In this document: positions 18,983 to 27,576 of the stretch, piece by piece
Layout: each line of letters begins with the position of its first letter
How positions within the stretch are numbered: position 1 is the stretch's first letter
Source of the DNA: Crocinitomicaceae bacterium
GTDB lineage: Bacteria > Bacteroidota > Bacteroidia > Flavobacteriales_D > Crocinitomicaceae
DNA length: 64,000 nt
Direction of reading: 5' to 3'
Assembly: GCA_023268965.1 (NCBI GenBank)
Contig: JALRJE010000016.1
Span: 34,279 to 98,278, forward strand
The notes under the pieces: model-generated
Told to the model about the DNA's origin: nothing
The model's database searches: none
Seen by the model: the letters and a program-made list of their open reading frames with translations, nothing else
Translations under genes and position numbers: made by a program

Positions 18983-19420
18983 TTAGTATAATTCTAATTT
19001 TAGGGCTGAGCGGTAATCTTTGATTTCTTCGCGATTGATTTTGTGTTCTGCATTTTTGAGCAAATTCAAGAAATACAAAAGGTTTTCTTTATCGTCGATT
19101 TCAATTGGATATTCGTTGCCTTCTTCGTCTTCTTCATATTGTGCTTCTACATCAAAACAATCGTTTTCCTGAAGAAACTCATAGGTAAGACGCAAAGATT
19201 TGACCACCAATGGATCTTGTTCTAGCAATGCCATTTCTCTGAGTTCTTTGAGGTCTTCAATGAGTTGTGGAGCTTCAAGGCCCTTTTTTTCGACATTGGC
19301 AATGATTTGTTCCAGTTTTTGATTGGCACGCAAAGTTTTCATATTGTCTAAATTGAGCAACAAATTTAGTGCATTTCCTGAAATAAACATCGCGCTGTCC
19401 GTAACATTCATTAAGTTCAA
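18983..19420 (-). CDS. Hypothetical acidic protein (145 aa)
   Basis: ORF with a helical, Glu/Asp-rich sequence (AQYEEDEEGNEYPIEIDD). No known motif. Confidence 0.45.
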   Translation of the reverse strand: MNLMNVTDSAMFISGNALNLLLNLDNMKTLRANQKLEQIIANVEKKGLEAPQLIEDLKELREMALLEQDPLVVKSLRLTYEFLQENDCFDVEAQYEEDEEGNEYPIEIDDKENLLYFLNLLKNAEHKINREEIKDYRSALKLELY

Positions 19421-19454
19421 TCATTTCTAGTGCTATTAAAGTTATTTTTGTTCT

Positions 19455-20117
19455 ATGGATATGGTCTTCCACGCTTTTTCTATTGGCTTAATACTTTCCC
19501 TTATTCCTGGGCCCGTATTTTTTGTACTTCTGGAAAATAGCATCACCAAAGGAATTCGCAGTGCTTTGGCCCTAGACCTTGGCGTCATACTCAGCGATAT
19601 CTTTTACATTCTATTATCCGTCCTTTTTGTCGAACAAATCAACTCTTTACTCACCGGAGAAAACAAACAACTCTTTGACATTTTTGGGGGGCTTATTTTT
19701 ATCGTTTTTGGCGTTGTAAATCTGTTTAAAAAGTCAAAAATTCAAACTGGTACCCAAGAGCTTGACGAGGTTTCTGAGAAATATCACCTAACAGAAAGTG
19801 CCGATCCTAAAAAAAACTTCGGACTTACAATTGCAAAGGGTTTCTTGTTGAATTTTGCAAATCCATTAGTCATTTTTTATTGGTTGAGTGTTGCGTCAGT
19901 TGTCAAGCACGATAGCCCCGATGATACCAATAGCTACTTGTTTTTGTTCCTAGGCATTGTACTGACTACCTTTATTTCGTTTGACATTTTAAAAATTATC
20001 ACAGCCAAAAGAATTCGAAATTTTGTGACAGAAAAATTATTAAATCTGCTCAATAAATTGATAGGGAGTCTCTTTATTGGTTTTGGGTTGTTTTTTATTT
20101 TTCGCGTTTTCTTATAA
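19455..20117 (+). CDS. LysE family translocator
   Basis: N-terminus GLILSLIPGPVFFVLLENS and six hydrophobic segments around a central hydrophilic loop. 220 aa. Confidence 0.82.
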   Translation: MDMVFHAFSIGLILSLIPGPVFFVLLENSITKGIRSALALDLGVILSDIFYILLSVLFVEQINSLLTGENKQLFDIFGGLIFIVFGVVNLFKKSKIQTGTQELDEVSEKYHLTESADPKKNFGLTIAKGFLLNFANPLVIFYWLSVASVVKHDSPDDTNSYLFLFLGIVLTTFISFDILKIITAKRIRNFVTEKLLNLLNKLIGSLFIGFGLFFIFRVFL

Positions 20118-20126
20118 AAAAGATTT

Positions 20127-21836
20127 ATGCGCTATTTAATTCTATTCTTTACGAGTTGTTTGCTTGGGGTTGCATTTGCACAGGAATTGACCGTACTTAA
20201 AGAAAACTTAAGTCCTAAGAAACGCATTTACTGGGATGCACAAAATAAACACATTCAGGGGTTGGGCTCCTATTTTACCAGCTCAGTTATACCACAAACA
20301 ACCGAAAAACACGGCAAGTGGCTTTTCTACACTTACGATGGGGTGCTAGAAGAAGAAGCCAACTATTACCGTAATCGACTTCATGGCAAACGGACCTTCT
20401 TTTATCCAAATAAGCAAATTAAACAAGAGTCTTATTTTAAATTCAATGTACCTGATTCTATCTACAGAGCCTATGCAAGCGATGGAAAAGTTCAGGTGCG
20501 CGGGCAATTTGACTTAGGTAGCCCAACTGGTATTTGGGAATATTTCTACCCAGATGGGCATCCAAAATCTATAGAAAAGGTTCAAAACGATACCACCTAT
20601 TTAATGGCTTTTTGGCAAGCAGACAGCACTCATAAGCAAACGATCACCAATGGAAACGGCCAAATTATCACCTATTACATTAGTGGGTCCTTAAAAGAAT
20701 CCTTTACATTTCAGGACGGTTTAAAAACAGGTCCATTCGAAGAGCGTACGGCTAATGGCGTTTTGTCTGTAGCGGGTGCTTTCGATAAAGGAAAAAAGGA
20801 TGGTCCTTGGGTATTCTATCGTTTTGATGGCGTCTTGGAGAAACGACTGGGGTATCAGGCAGACTCTCTACATGGCGAGTACTTAGTGATGTCTAACGAG
20901 AAGGATACACTCACTTACGGGTTCTATCTTCAAGGGTTAAAAACAAATAAATGGCAGTGGTTTACCCAAGATGGGCAATTAGACATGGACGGTTACTTCC
21001 AAAATGGGAAACAAGACAGCACTTGGCATTATTATTTTGCCAACGGGCAGCTTTCCTACTTGGCACATTACCAAAATAACCTCCGTACTGGTCATTGGGT
21101 CTATTATTATCCAAATGGGGCGCTTTACCGCACCGGAGACTACCTAAATGACCAAAAGTCAGGCCGTTGGCAAACTTGGTACGAAGATTCTACCCTACTT
21201 ATGGACGGCGTTTATGTAAATGGAAAAGAGGAAGGAGAATGGATCAATTACTGGGAAAACGGACGAATCAAGGACAAAGCAACTTATCGCAATGGTGCGC
21301 TGAGCGGCAAATGGGCTTCTTATTCTCCTGAAGGTGTCTTAAAATTAGAAGGGAATTATCAAAATGGCTTTAAAGTAGGAGAATGGAATGCCTATTTTAA
21401 CAACGGTCGAATCAAAGAAAAACAGCATTTTAAAGTATTTACCCAAAAAAATGTGGCTGACGGAATTGCCATTATGGGAATGAAAGAGACTGTCAGTGAC
21501 TTTCATGGATCTTATGCCGCATACTCACAAATCGATTTTCAGCTCAAAGAAACCGGTAAATACTACCGCGGAATGAAACACGGTACCTGGACCAACTATT
21601 ATCCAGGAGGAGTAGTGCCAACTATTGTTGCGCAATACCGCTACGGGAAGCTAGATGGTATCTTTAAGCAATACGACCGTTATGGAAGAATTGTCTACGA
21701 AATCCATTATAAAAAAGGACTTAAAGATGGTCCATTCTATGCCTTCAATGAAAACGGACAACTCGTTAGTAAAAAAATATTTAAAAACGGAACCGAAGTG
21801 GGCACTCAACGCCAAGAAAGCTTTAGTCCTTATTAG
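20127..21836 (+). CDS. Secreted MORN/YwqK-type repeat protein
   Basis: Signal peptide ending AFA|QE, then >15 degenerate ~23-aa repeats of the form G.W..YY.NG.....G.Y..G...G.W (for example GHWVYYYPNGALYRTGDYLNDQKSGRWQTWY). Confidence 0.8.
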   Translation: MRYLILFFTSCLLGVAFAQELTVLKENLSPKKRIYWDAQNKHIQGLGSYFTSSVIPQTTEKHGKWLFYTYDGVLEEEANYYRNRLHGKRTFFYPNKQIKQESYFKFNVPDSIYRAYASDGKVQVRGQFDLGSPTGIWEYFYPDGHPKSIEKVQNDTTYLMAFWQADSTHKQTITNGNGQIITYYISGSLKESFTFQDGLKTGPFEERTANGVLSVAGAFDKGKKDGPWVFYRFDGVLEKRLGYQADSLHGEYLVMSNEKDTLTYGFYLQGLKTNKWQWFTQDGQLDMDGYFQNGKQDSTWHYYFANGQLSYLAHYQNNLRTGHWVYYYPNGALYRTGDYLNDQKSGRWQTWYEDSTLLMDGVYVNGKEEGEWINYWENGRIKDKATYRNGALSGKWASYSPEGVLKLEGNYQNGFKVGEWNAYFNNGRIKEKQHFKVFTQKNVADGIAIMGMKETVSDFHGSYAAYSQIDFQLKETGKYYRGMKHGTWTNYYPGGVVPTIVAQYRYGKLDGIFKQYDRYGRIVYEIHYKKGLKDGPFYAFNENGQLVSKKIFKNGTEVGTQRQESFSPY

Positions 21837-22608
21837 CGAGTTCTTCAATCAAACAAGTGAGCTCAATAAAATCTTCTACACTTAAACGCTCTGGACGTTG
21901 TTGTTCAAATTTTTCAGGTAAAGGCGTATCTTTAAGCAAAACCCGCAATGAATTACGCAAAGTTTTGCGTCTTTGATTAAAGGCAACCTTCACCACCTGA
22001 AAATAGAGTTTTTCATCACAGGGAAGAGCTTGACGGTCATTGCGCACACAGCGAATCACACCGCTCTTTACCTTTGGCGGAGGAATAAAAACATGCTCAT
22101 CTACGGTAAAACAATAATGGATATCATAAAAGGTCTGCAAGAGCACACTAATGATTCCATACTCTTTAGTGCCAGGTTTTTGGGATATCCTGACCGCAAC
22201 TTCTTTTTGAAACATCCCCATGATTTGCGGAATTTGGTTGCGGTAGGCTAAGCACTTAAAAAGAATCTGAGAAGAAATATTATATGGAAAATTGCCAACT
22301 ACAATAAAGGGGTCTGTGCCAAATAATTCCTGAGGGTCCAGGCGCAAAAAATCTCCAAAAAGTATGCGGTCCGCATGGTCAGGATAATGAGCGCGCAGGT
22401 AATCAATAGATTCGATATCGACATCTAGCAACCAGAGATCTATTTCGGGAAGATCCCATAAATATTTGCTGAGCGCGCCCATACCGGGGCCAATTTCGAG
22501 GACTTTACGGGTGTCGTTGGTCCAAATCACTTGCTTGGCTATCTTTTGGCAGGTTCCCGCATCTTTTAAGAAATGTTGGCCAAGTTGTTTTTTCGGTTTA
22601 ACATTCAT
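21823..22608 (-). CDS. rsmA: 16S rRNA (adenine1518/1519-N6)-dimethyltransferase
   Basis: KKQLGQHFL, the SAM motif LEIGPGMGALS and VVGNFPYNISS. Confidence 0.95.
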   Translation of the reverse strand: MNVKPKKQLGQHFLKDAGTCQKIAKQVIWTNDTRKVLEIGPGMGALSKYLWDLPEIDLWLLDVDIESIDYLRAHYPDHADRILFGDFLRLDPQELFGTDPFIVVGNFPYNISSQILFKCLAYRNQIPQIMGMFQKEVAVRISQKPGTKEYGIISVLLQTFYDIHYCFTVDEHVFIPPPKVKSGVIRCVRNDRQALPCDEKLYFQVVKVAFNQRRKTLRNSLRVLLKDTPLPEKFEQQRPERLSVEDFIELTCLIEELANKD

Positions 22609-22919
22609 CTTTTGAATTCTTCGATGAGTTGAAGGGTAGTTCGAAATGCCGCAAAACTACCTGCATAACGGGCGGCGTGGTCTTGTTGGAGTGCAGGTGC
22701 AAACTCAGTTTGATATTGATCCAGCGCGGCCTGATCTGGTGCCAAATACATAACGGAATAAGTACAACCCCCATCTTCCTCGCCATTTACTCTCGAAAGC
22801 CGAGATTCTAAAAAACAACCTGTTTGGAGTACGGCAGGAATATGCTGAACGCGCATCCAATCTAACCAATCTTGTTCAACAGCGTGGTCAATACTGACCG
22901 TCACATTGTAAATAATCAT
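22605..22919 (-). CDS. DUF4286 family protein
   Basis: MIIYNVTVSIDHAVEQDWLDWMRVQHIPAVLQTGCF is the characteristic N-terminus. Has a 4-nt overlap with rsmA. Confidence 0.75.
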   Translation of the reverse strand: MIIYNVTVSIDHAVEQDWLDWMRVQHIPAVLQTGCFLESRLSRVNGEEDGGCTYSVMYLAPDQAALDQYQTEFAPALQQDHAARYAGSFAAFRTTLQLIEEFKR

Positions 22920-23004
22920 ACTACAAAGGTAGACAAAGAGAATGAGTGCTGAAAATGGAATACCAATCAGTATTTATACTGTAGAGATGGTAGAAAAATA
23001 ATTG

Positions 23005-23012
23005 TACTTTTG
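23005..23012 (+). promoter_or_regulatory. Possible -7 promoter element TACTTTTG
   Basis: Fits TAnnTTTG and ends 23 nt upstream of the ATG at 23036. No clear -33 TTTG at the expected spacing. Confidence 0.25.
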
Positions 23013-23035
23013 ATTTTGAACTTTAATCAATTCCC

Positions 23036-23782
23036 ATGAAAAAAATAATACTTACTTCTTTATTTACAATGACTTACCTCCTCTCTTGGAGCCAGTCATG
23101 TACACCAGGTGTGAATTTTATCGATTCTACTTATGGCATCTGGCCAGACACCACTCAAAACCTTCCGCCTGCGCTACCCAATGTGGCTTATTCTACAGAT
23201 ATCAATTTCAAAGTACCCGCAACCGTAACAGCAGAGGTAGATCCGAGTGGGCAATTTGTTGGTAGCGTTATCCAACAATTTACCATAACCGGCGTCCAGG
23301 GCTTACCTCCCGGATTTGATTACGCTTGTAATGTATCCAACTGCAACTACCTTGGTGGAGCAAACGGTTGTGCCAATCTTTTTGGCACTACAGACTCCGT
23401 TGCGGTTTTCCCCGTTACAGTAGATATTACCGCTACTGTATTGGTCGTACTTTTGCCAGGATTGCCCCCTACACCAATAACCCAACCAGTCTCATTTGAT
23501 GGCTACAAAATTGTTGTCGGTTCGGGGGGGCAAATTGAACAAATTATCCATCCAATGTCCCTAGAACCCAACCCCGCAAGTACTGCAATAGAGGTAAGCG
23601 GACTATTAAACGGTAGCCTTTCTACACTAACGCTTCGCGACTTCACAGGAAAAATAATGGAAGTTGTTCAAACAACAGCTGCAAGCGCTTCGTTTGACCT
23701 AAGTAAACTTTGCACTGGCACGTACCTCATCGAACTTAACAATGTATTCGGTACGCAGCAACAAAAATTTGTGAAGCTATAG
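23036..23782 (+). CDS. T9SS type A sorting domain-containing secreted protein
   Basis: Signal peptide ending SWS|QS. The C-terminal ~70 aa (LEPNPASTAIEVSGL...LTLRDFTGKIMEVV...GTYLIELNN...QKFVKL) matches the Por secretion C-terminal sorting domain pattern (TIGR04183 type). Confidence 0.7.
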   Translation: MKKIILTSLFTMTYLLSWSQSCTPGVNFIDSTYGIWPDTTQNLPPALPNVAYSTDINFKVPATVTAEVDPSGQFVGSVIQQFTITGVQGLPPGFDYACNVSNCNYLGGANGCANLFGTTDSVAVFPVTVDITATVLVVLLPGLPPTPITQPVSFDGYKIVVGSGGQIEQIIHPMSLEPNPASTAIEVSGLLNGSLSTLTLRDFTGKIMEVVQTTAASASFDLSKLCTGTYLIELNNVFGTQQQKFVKL

Positions 23783-23802
23783 TAGCAGATGTTTATCAAA
23801 GT

Positions 23803-23826
23803 AAGGGGGAGTTTTTACTCCCCTTT
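23803..23826. terminator. Hairpin between convergent genes (possible bidirectional terminator)
   Basis: GGGGAG-ttttta-CTCCCC flanked by A-run and T-run. It overlaps the last codons of nadD. Confidence 0.4.
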
Positions 23827-24432
23827 TTTATTGCCAAATTTTTGATATAAATGCCGATCAGTAATGTACTTCAATACTGGCTCTGAGAGTAAGAAGCTAC
23901 AATCTTTACCCGCTGCCAATTGAGCGCGCACAAAGCTAGCACTGATGCCAAGTACTGGAACGTCAGTAACAACTTCAATGTGTTGATGCTCGATAAAAAC
24001 TGGATTTTCGTTCAAAGTGCCGCTGTCACTAGCAATTCTTGGATAAACGTAGAGTCTATGATTGGCAAGGATTTGCTCCCAGTTATACCATTTGTGAAAC
24101 GACCGCAAGTTATCTGCACCCAGTATTAAACTGAATTCATCTTGTGGGTACTTCTCTTGCAAATGAGTCAGCGTTGAAATGGTGTAATTTGGCTTCTTCA
24201 GATGAAATTCAATGTCACTAGCTTTCAGATGAGGGCTTTCGTAAATAGCATCACGTACCATATCTAAGCGCAAATGATCGGCTAATAAAGTAGACTTTTC
24301 TTTGTGCGGGTTATGTGGTGTAACGACCAACCAAACTTGGTCGATAGCTGGGTGTTGGGCCATATGATTGGCAATAATCAGATGCCCCACATGAATAGGA
24401 TTAAAAGTACCAAAAAATAAACCTATTCTCAT
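23815..24432 (-). CDS. nadD: Nicotinate-nucleotide adenylyltransferase
   Basis: GLFFGTFNPIHVGH (the (T/H)xGH motif) and a late ISAS motif (LGISASFVR). Confidence 0.92.
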   Translation of the reverse strand: MRIGLFFGTFNPIHVGHLIIANHMAQHPAIDQVWLVVTPHNPHKEKSTLLADHLRLDMVRDAIYESPHLKASDIEFHLKKPNYTISTLTHLQEKYPQDEFSLILGADNLRSFHKWYNWEQILANHRLYVYPRIASDSGTLNENPVFIEHQHIEVVTDVPVLGISASFVRAQLAAGKDCSFLLSEPVLKYITDRHLYQKFGNKKGE

Positions 24433-25010
24433 TTGTGCAACATTGGAATGATCAATGCTTCTACTTCAGCAATTGCCCTTGAGAGGTCATCGTTTACCAC
24501 TATATAATCGAATAGCTGAGCCTTGCTGAGCTCTTCTTCTGCCTTCTGCAAACGTAGCTTAATTTTTTCTTCGGAGTCAGTTTGGCGCTTGCGCAAGCGC
24601 TCTTCGAGCGCAGTAATGCTCGGGGGCTGAATAAAAATAGAAATTGCTGCAGCTTTGAGTTTCTCTTTCACTTTTAAGCCGCCAATAACATCAATGTCAA
24701 ATACAACCACTTGACCTGCAGCCCAAATACGCTCGAGTTCTGTGTATAGGGTGCCATAATACATTCCTTCGTAGACTTCTTCCCATTCAAAAAATGCGCC
24801 TTGCTCAATTTTTTGTTTGAATTCCGACGGTTCTAAAAAGTAATAATGTACACCATTTACTTCGTTTCCTCTTGGCGCACGCGAACAAGCTGAAACCGAG
24901 AATGCCAATTGCGGATACTTGGCAAGTAAAGCGCCAACAATTGTAGATTTACCTGCTCCTGAAGGAGCTGAAATAACAATACTTGGTTGCGTGTTCATTT
25001 TATAATGCAT
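24429..25010 (-). CDS. gmk: Guanylate kinase
   Basis: P-loop APSGAGKST and SCSRAPRGNEVNGVHYYF. The start may be the Met at 24998, 1 nt after the yicC stop. Confidence 0.95.
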   Translation of the reverse strand: MHYKMNTQPSIVISAPSGAGKSTIVGALLAKYPQLAFSVSACSRAPRGNEVNGVHYYFLEPSEFKQKIEQGAFFEWEEVYEGMYYGTLYTELERIWAAGQVVVFDIDVIGGLKVKEKLKAAAISIFIQPPSITALEERLRKRQTDSEEKIKLRLQKAEEELSKAQLFDYIVVNDDLSRAIAEVEALIIPMLHK

Positions 25011-25878
25011 TGAGAACTTGTTCTTTAATTTTTTCTAAATGATCTTTCATCACCACTACCCTGCGCTGTATTTCTGAATGATTACACTTGCTACCCAAGG
25101 TGTTGATTTCTCGGCCCATTTCTTGGGCAATAAAGCCAAGCTTTTTACCAGAAGCCTCTTGATTCAGCGTCTCGGTAAAATAAGTAAGGTGCTGCTGTAA
25201 GCGTTGCTTTTCTTCTGAAATGTCAAGCTTTTCGACATAATATATCATTTCTTGCTCCAAGCGGTTCACATCTACCCTGCTCTCTTCTATGGAAGCAAGC
25301 CCTTTTTGGATGCGCTCTCTTACTTGAGCAACTCGCTCTTGCTCGAATGGTGCTATTGCAATGAGCTCTTGCTGAATTTGATCTAAATTACTCATCAGGT
25401 CTTTGGCCAAGCTCAAGCCCTCTTGCCTGCGAAACTTCTGCAATTGAGCACAAGCTTCAGCAACTAAATCTAGAATAAATGTCGTTTCTACCTCTGAAAG
25501 TTCTTCCTGCTGACTGGTAAGTACATCTGGCATGCGCAAAACCAAGGCAAGGTAGTCTTGGGTGTGCGTACCCCATGCCGAATTCAGTGATTTCAACTTC
25601 TCAAAATAAGCGTTGGCTACCTGCTCATTGATCAAGCCTGCTGACTGCTGCTGCTGGCTTTCAATGTAAATTCCTAAATCCATTTTACCGCGCAATAATT
25701 CTTCGGTCACTATCTTGCGAATAGGCGTTTCGAGATCGCGAAAGCTAGAAGGTAATTTGAGGTTGAGATCCAGGCCTTTGGAATTAAGAGACCTCACTTC
25801 AACTGAGATTTTTTTGTCGTTAAAGTGTCCGTTGGCCTTGCCAAAACCGGTCATTGATTGTAGCGCTATTTGGCTCAT
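25000..25878 (-). CDS. yicC: YicC/YloC family protein
   Basis: N-terminal SMTGFGKA, C-terminal REINTLGSK...HLEKIKEQVLN. 292 aa. Confidence 0.9.
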   Translation of the reverse strand: MSQIALQSMTGFGKANGHFNDKKISVEVRSLNSKGLDLNLKLPSSFRDLETPIRKIVTEELLRGKMDLGIYIESQQQQSAGLINEQVANAYFEKLKSLNSAWGTHTQDYLALVLRMPDVLTSQQEELSEVETTFILDLVAEACAQLQKFRRQEGLSLAKDLMSNLDQIQQELIAIAPFEQERVAQVRERIQKGLASIEESRVDVNRLEQEMIYYVEKLDISEEKQRLQQHLTYFTETLNQEASGKKLGFIAQEMGREINTLGSKCNHSEIQRRVVVMKDHLEKIKEQVLNAL

Positions 25879-25881
25879 ATT

Positions 25882-26451
25882 TTATTCGTTATCGATTAGC
25901 AAGTCAGCATCTATGCCCTCATTTTGTTCTTTGACAAACCAAGCAATTTCACTCATAATTTGTGCTTTTTGATCAGATTGTGGGGCGCGTTCTTCAATGT
26001 ATTCCTTTAGTAAAAGTTGAGACTCTAGAAGTTGAGACTCATCAAATGGTCCGGACATATTCTCAATAATGGTAAGGCAATCGAGGGCTTCTAGGTAGTC
26101 TCCTTGGGAGGCCAACATCACAAAAAAGGGTAAGTGCTCGTCAAAAGGTAATTTTGAATTCCAAATGGCAGATAGCACTAGCTTTCTGTTCTCTGCATCG
26201 GTTTGCTCTGTTAAGTAATCGATAAAGGCCGCAGCGGCATCAGTTTCTTTGACATCAGATAAAAAACCAATAATAGCTTGTTGCTGTGTGCGTTCTCTTC
26301 CCTCTAGTGCTTTGAATAAGTCAGGAAGAATCGTGACTTGCCCATGTTCCTTATAAATGTTCAAGGCAGCTGTTAATGAATTGAGGTCATTTTTTTGAAG
26401 CAGCTCAAAAGCCTCGGTTAACTTTTTTTGATTTTTCCTTACTGTACTCAT
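25882..26451 (-). CDS. Hypothetical helical protein (189 aa)
   Basis: ORF tightly packed (3-nt gap) upstream of yicC. All-helical look and acidic C-terminus. No motif recognised. Confidence 0.45.
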   Translation of the reverse strand: MSTVRKNQKKLTEAFELLQKNDLNSLTAALNIYKEHGQVTILPDLFKALEGRERTQQQAIIGFLSDVKETDAAAAFIDYLTEQTDAENRKLVLSAIWNSKLPFDEHLPFFVMLASQGDYLEALDCLTIIENMSGPFDESQLLESQLLLKEYIEERAPQSDQKAQIMSEIAWFVKEQNEGIDADLLIDNE

Positions 26452-26594
26452 GATGCAAAGGTAAGGAATTCACTCTCGATGCACACGAAATTGACCCAAT
26501 GTGTTACTTTATGCAATATTCAGTGTTTATAAAAACAAAAAAAAGTCAACTTCCATTCGCAATTATAAAACAACTTTGTAAAAAAGCTGCCCCG

Positions 26595-27563
26595 ATGAAA
26601 AATTTCTTTTTCCTTTCTTTACTCGCTTTGTTGGTATTCTCTGCTTGTGTGCCATCAAAAAAATACAACGAATTACTCGAACGTGAAAAAAACTGCAGTG
26701 AAGAGCTCACTAAGTACAAAAAAAGCAGCAGTGATTATGAAGTGTTGTCCAAGGATTTACAAACAAAGTACGACATAGCAGCAAAAGAAGTTAGCCGCCT
26801 TCGAGGCGATACAAATAATCTAGGTAACCAAATACGTTTGCTCGAAAGAGAACAAGAAACGCTAGAGGCACAATACGAAACACTTGAAAATTCTTTTGAT
26901 AAACTAAAGAACCTGAGTGCCAAAGAAACAGCAACGCTCCAAACCGAACTTGAACAAAAAACAAAAGAACTACAACGCAAGGAAGATGCATTGCTCAAAC
27001 TTGATCAAGAACTGAAAGCCAAACAAGTTTTACTTGAAGAACGCGAAAAAAGAGTCAATGAACTTGAAGAAGCCATTCGCAAGAAAGATGCTAAAATTCA
27101 GTTGCTTAAGGCGCGCGTGGCCAATGCACTTCGGAACTTTGAAAATCAAGGACTAACGGTTGTTCAAAAAAATGGAAAAATATACGTGAGCTTAGAAGCG
27201 AAGCTACTCTTCAGTTCTGGTTCCACCAAGGTAGAAGATGAAGGAAAAGAGGCACTCGTAGAACTAGGGCGCGTACTTGAAACTGAACGCGATCTCGAAA
27301 TTGTTGTCGAAGGCCACACCGATACCGACAAACTAAACAGTAGTGTATCGCCAAAAAATAACTGGGAGCTTTCGGTCTTGCGCGCCACTGCTGTTGTCGA
27401 ACTCATGCTCGCTAACTCGAATATGGCAGCAACACAAATAATGGCTGCTGGCCGAAGTGAGTATCATCCGGTAGATCCGAACGATAAGTCAAAGAATCGA
27501 CGCATTGAAATTATTATTTCACCTAATTTGAATGAGCTCTTTGAGATTATTTCGAACGACTAG
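26595..27563 (+). CDS. OmpA/MotB-family lipoprotein with long coiled-coil
   Basis: The ATG at 26595 gives MKNFFFLSLLALLVFSAC (lipobox). ~190 aa of heptad-like E/K/L-rich sequence follow, then the OmpA-like C-terminus VVEGHTDTD...NWELSVLRATAV...GRSEYHP...NRRIEIII. Confidence 0.85.
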   Translation: MKNFFFLSLLALLVFSACVPSKKYNELLEREKNCSEELTKYKKSSSDYEVLSKDLQTKYDIAAKEVSRLRGDTNNLGNQIRLLEREQETLEAQYETLENSFDKLKNLSAKETATLQTELEQKTKELQRKEDALLKLDQELKAKQVLLEEREKRVNELEEAIRKKDAKIQLLKARVANALRNFENQGLTVVQKNGKIYVSLEAKLLFSSGSTKVEDEGKEALVELGRVLETERDLEIVVEGHTDTDKLNSSVSPKNNWELSVLRATAVVELMLANSNMAATQIMAAGRSEYHPVDPNDKSKNRRIEIIISPNLNELFEIISND

Positions 27564-27576
27564 CACCCGTTTGGTA

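Noticed and set aside
19443-19450. TATTTTTG (TAnnTTTG) just upstream of the LysE gene as a promoter
   Set aside because: It ends only 4 nt before the annotated ATG, so transcription would start inside or after the start codon unless the second Met (19461) is used. This is too uncertain to list as a feature.
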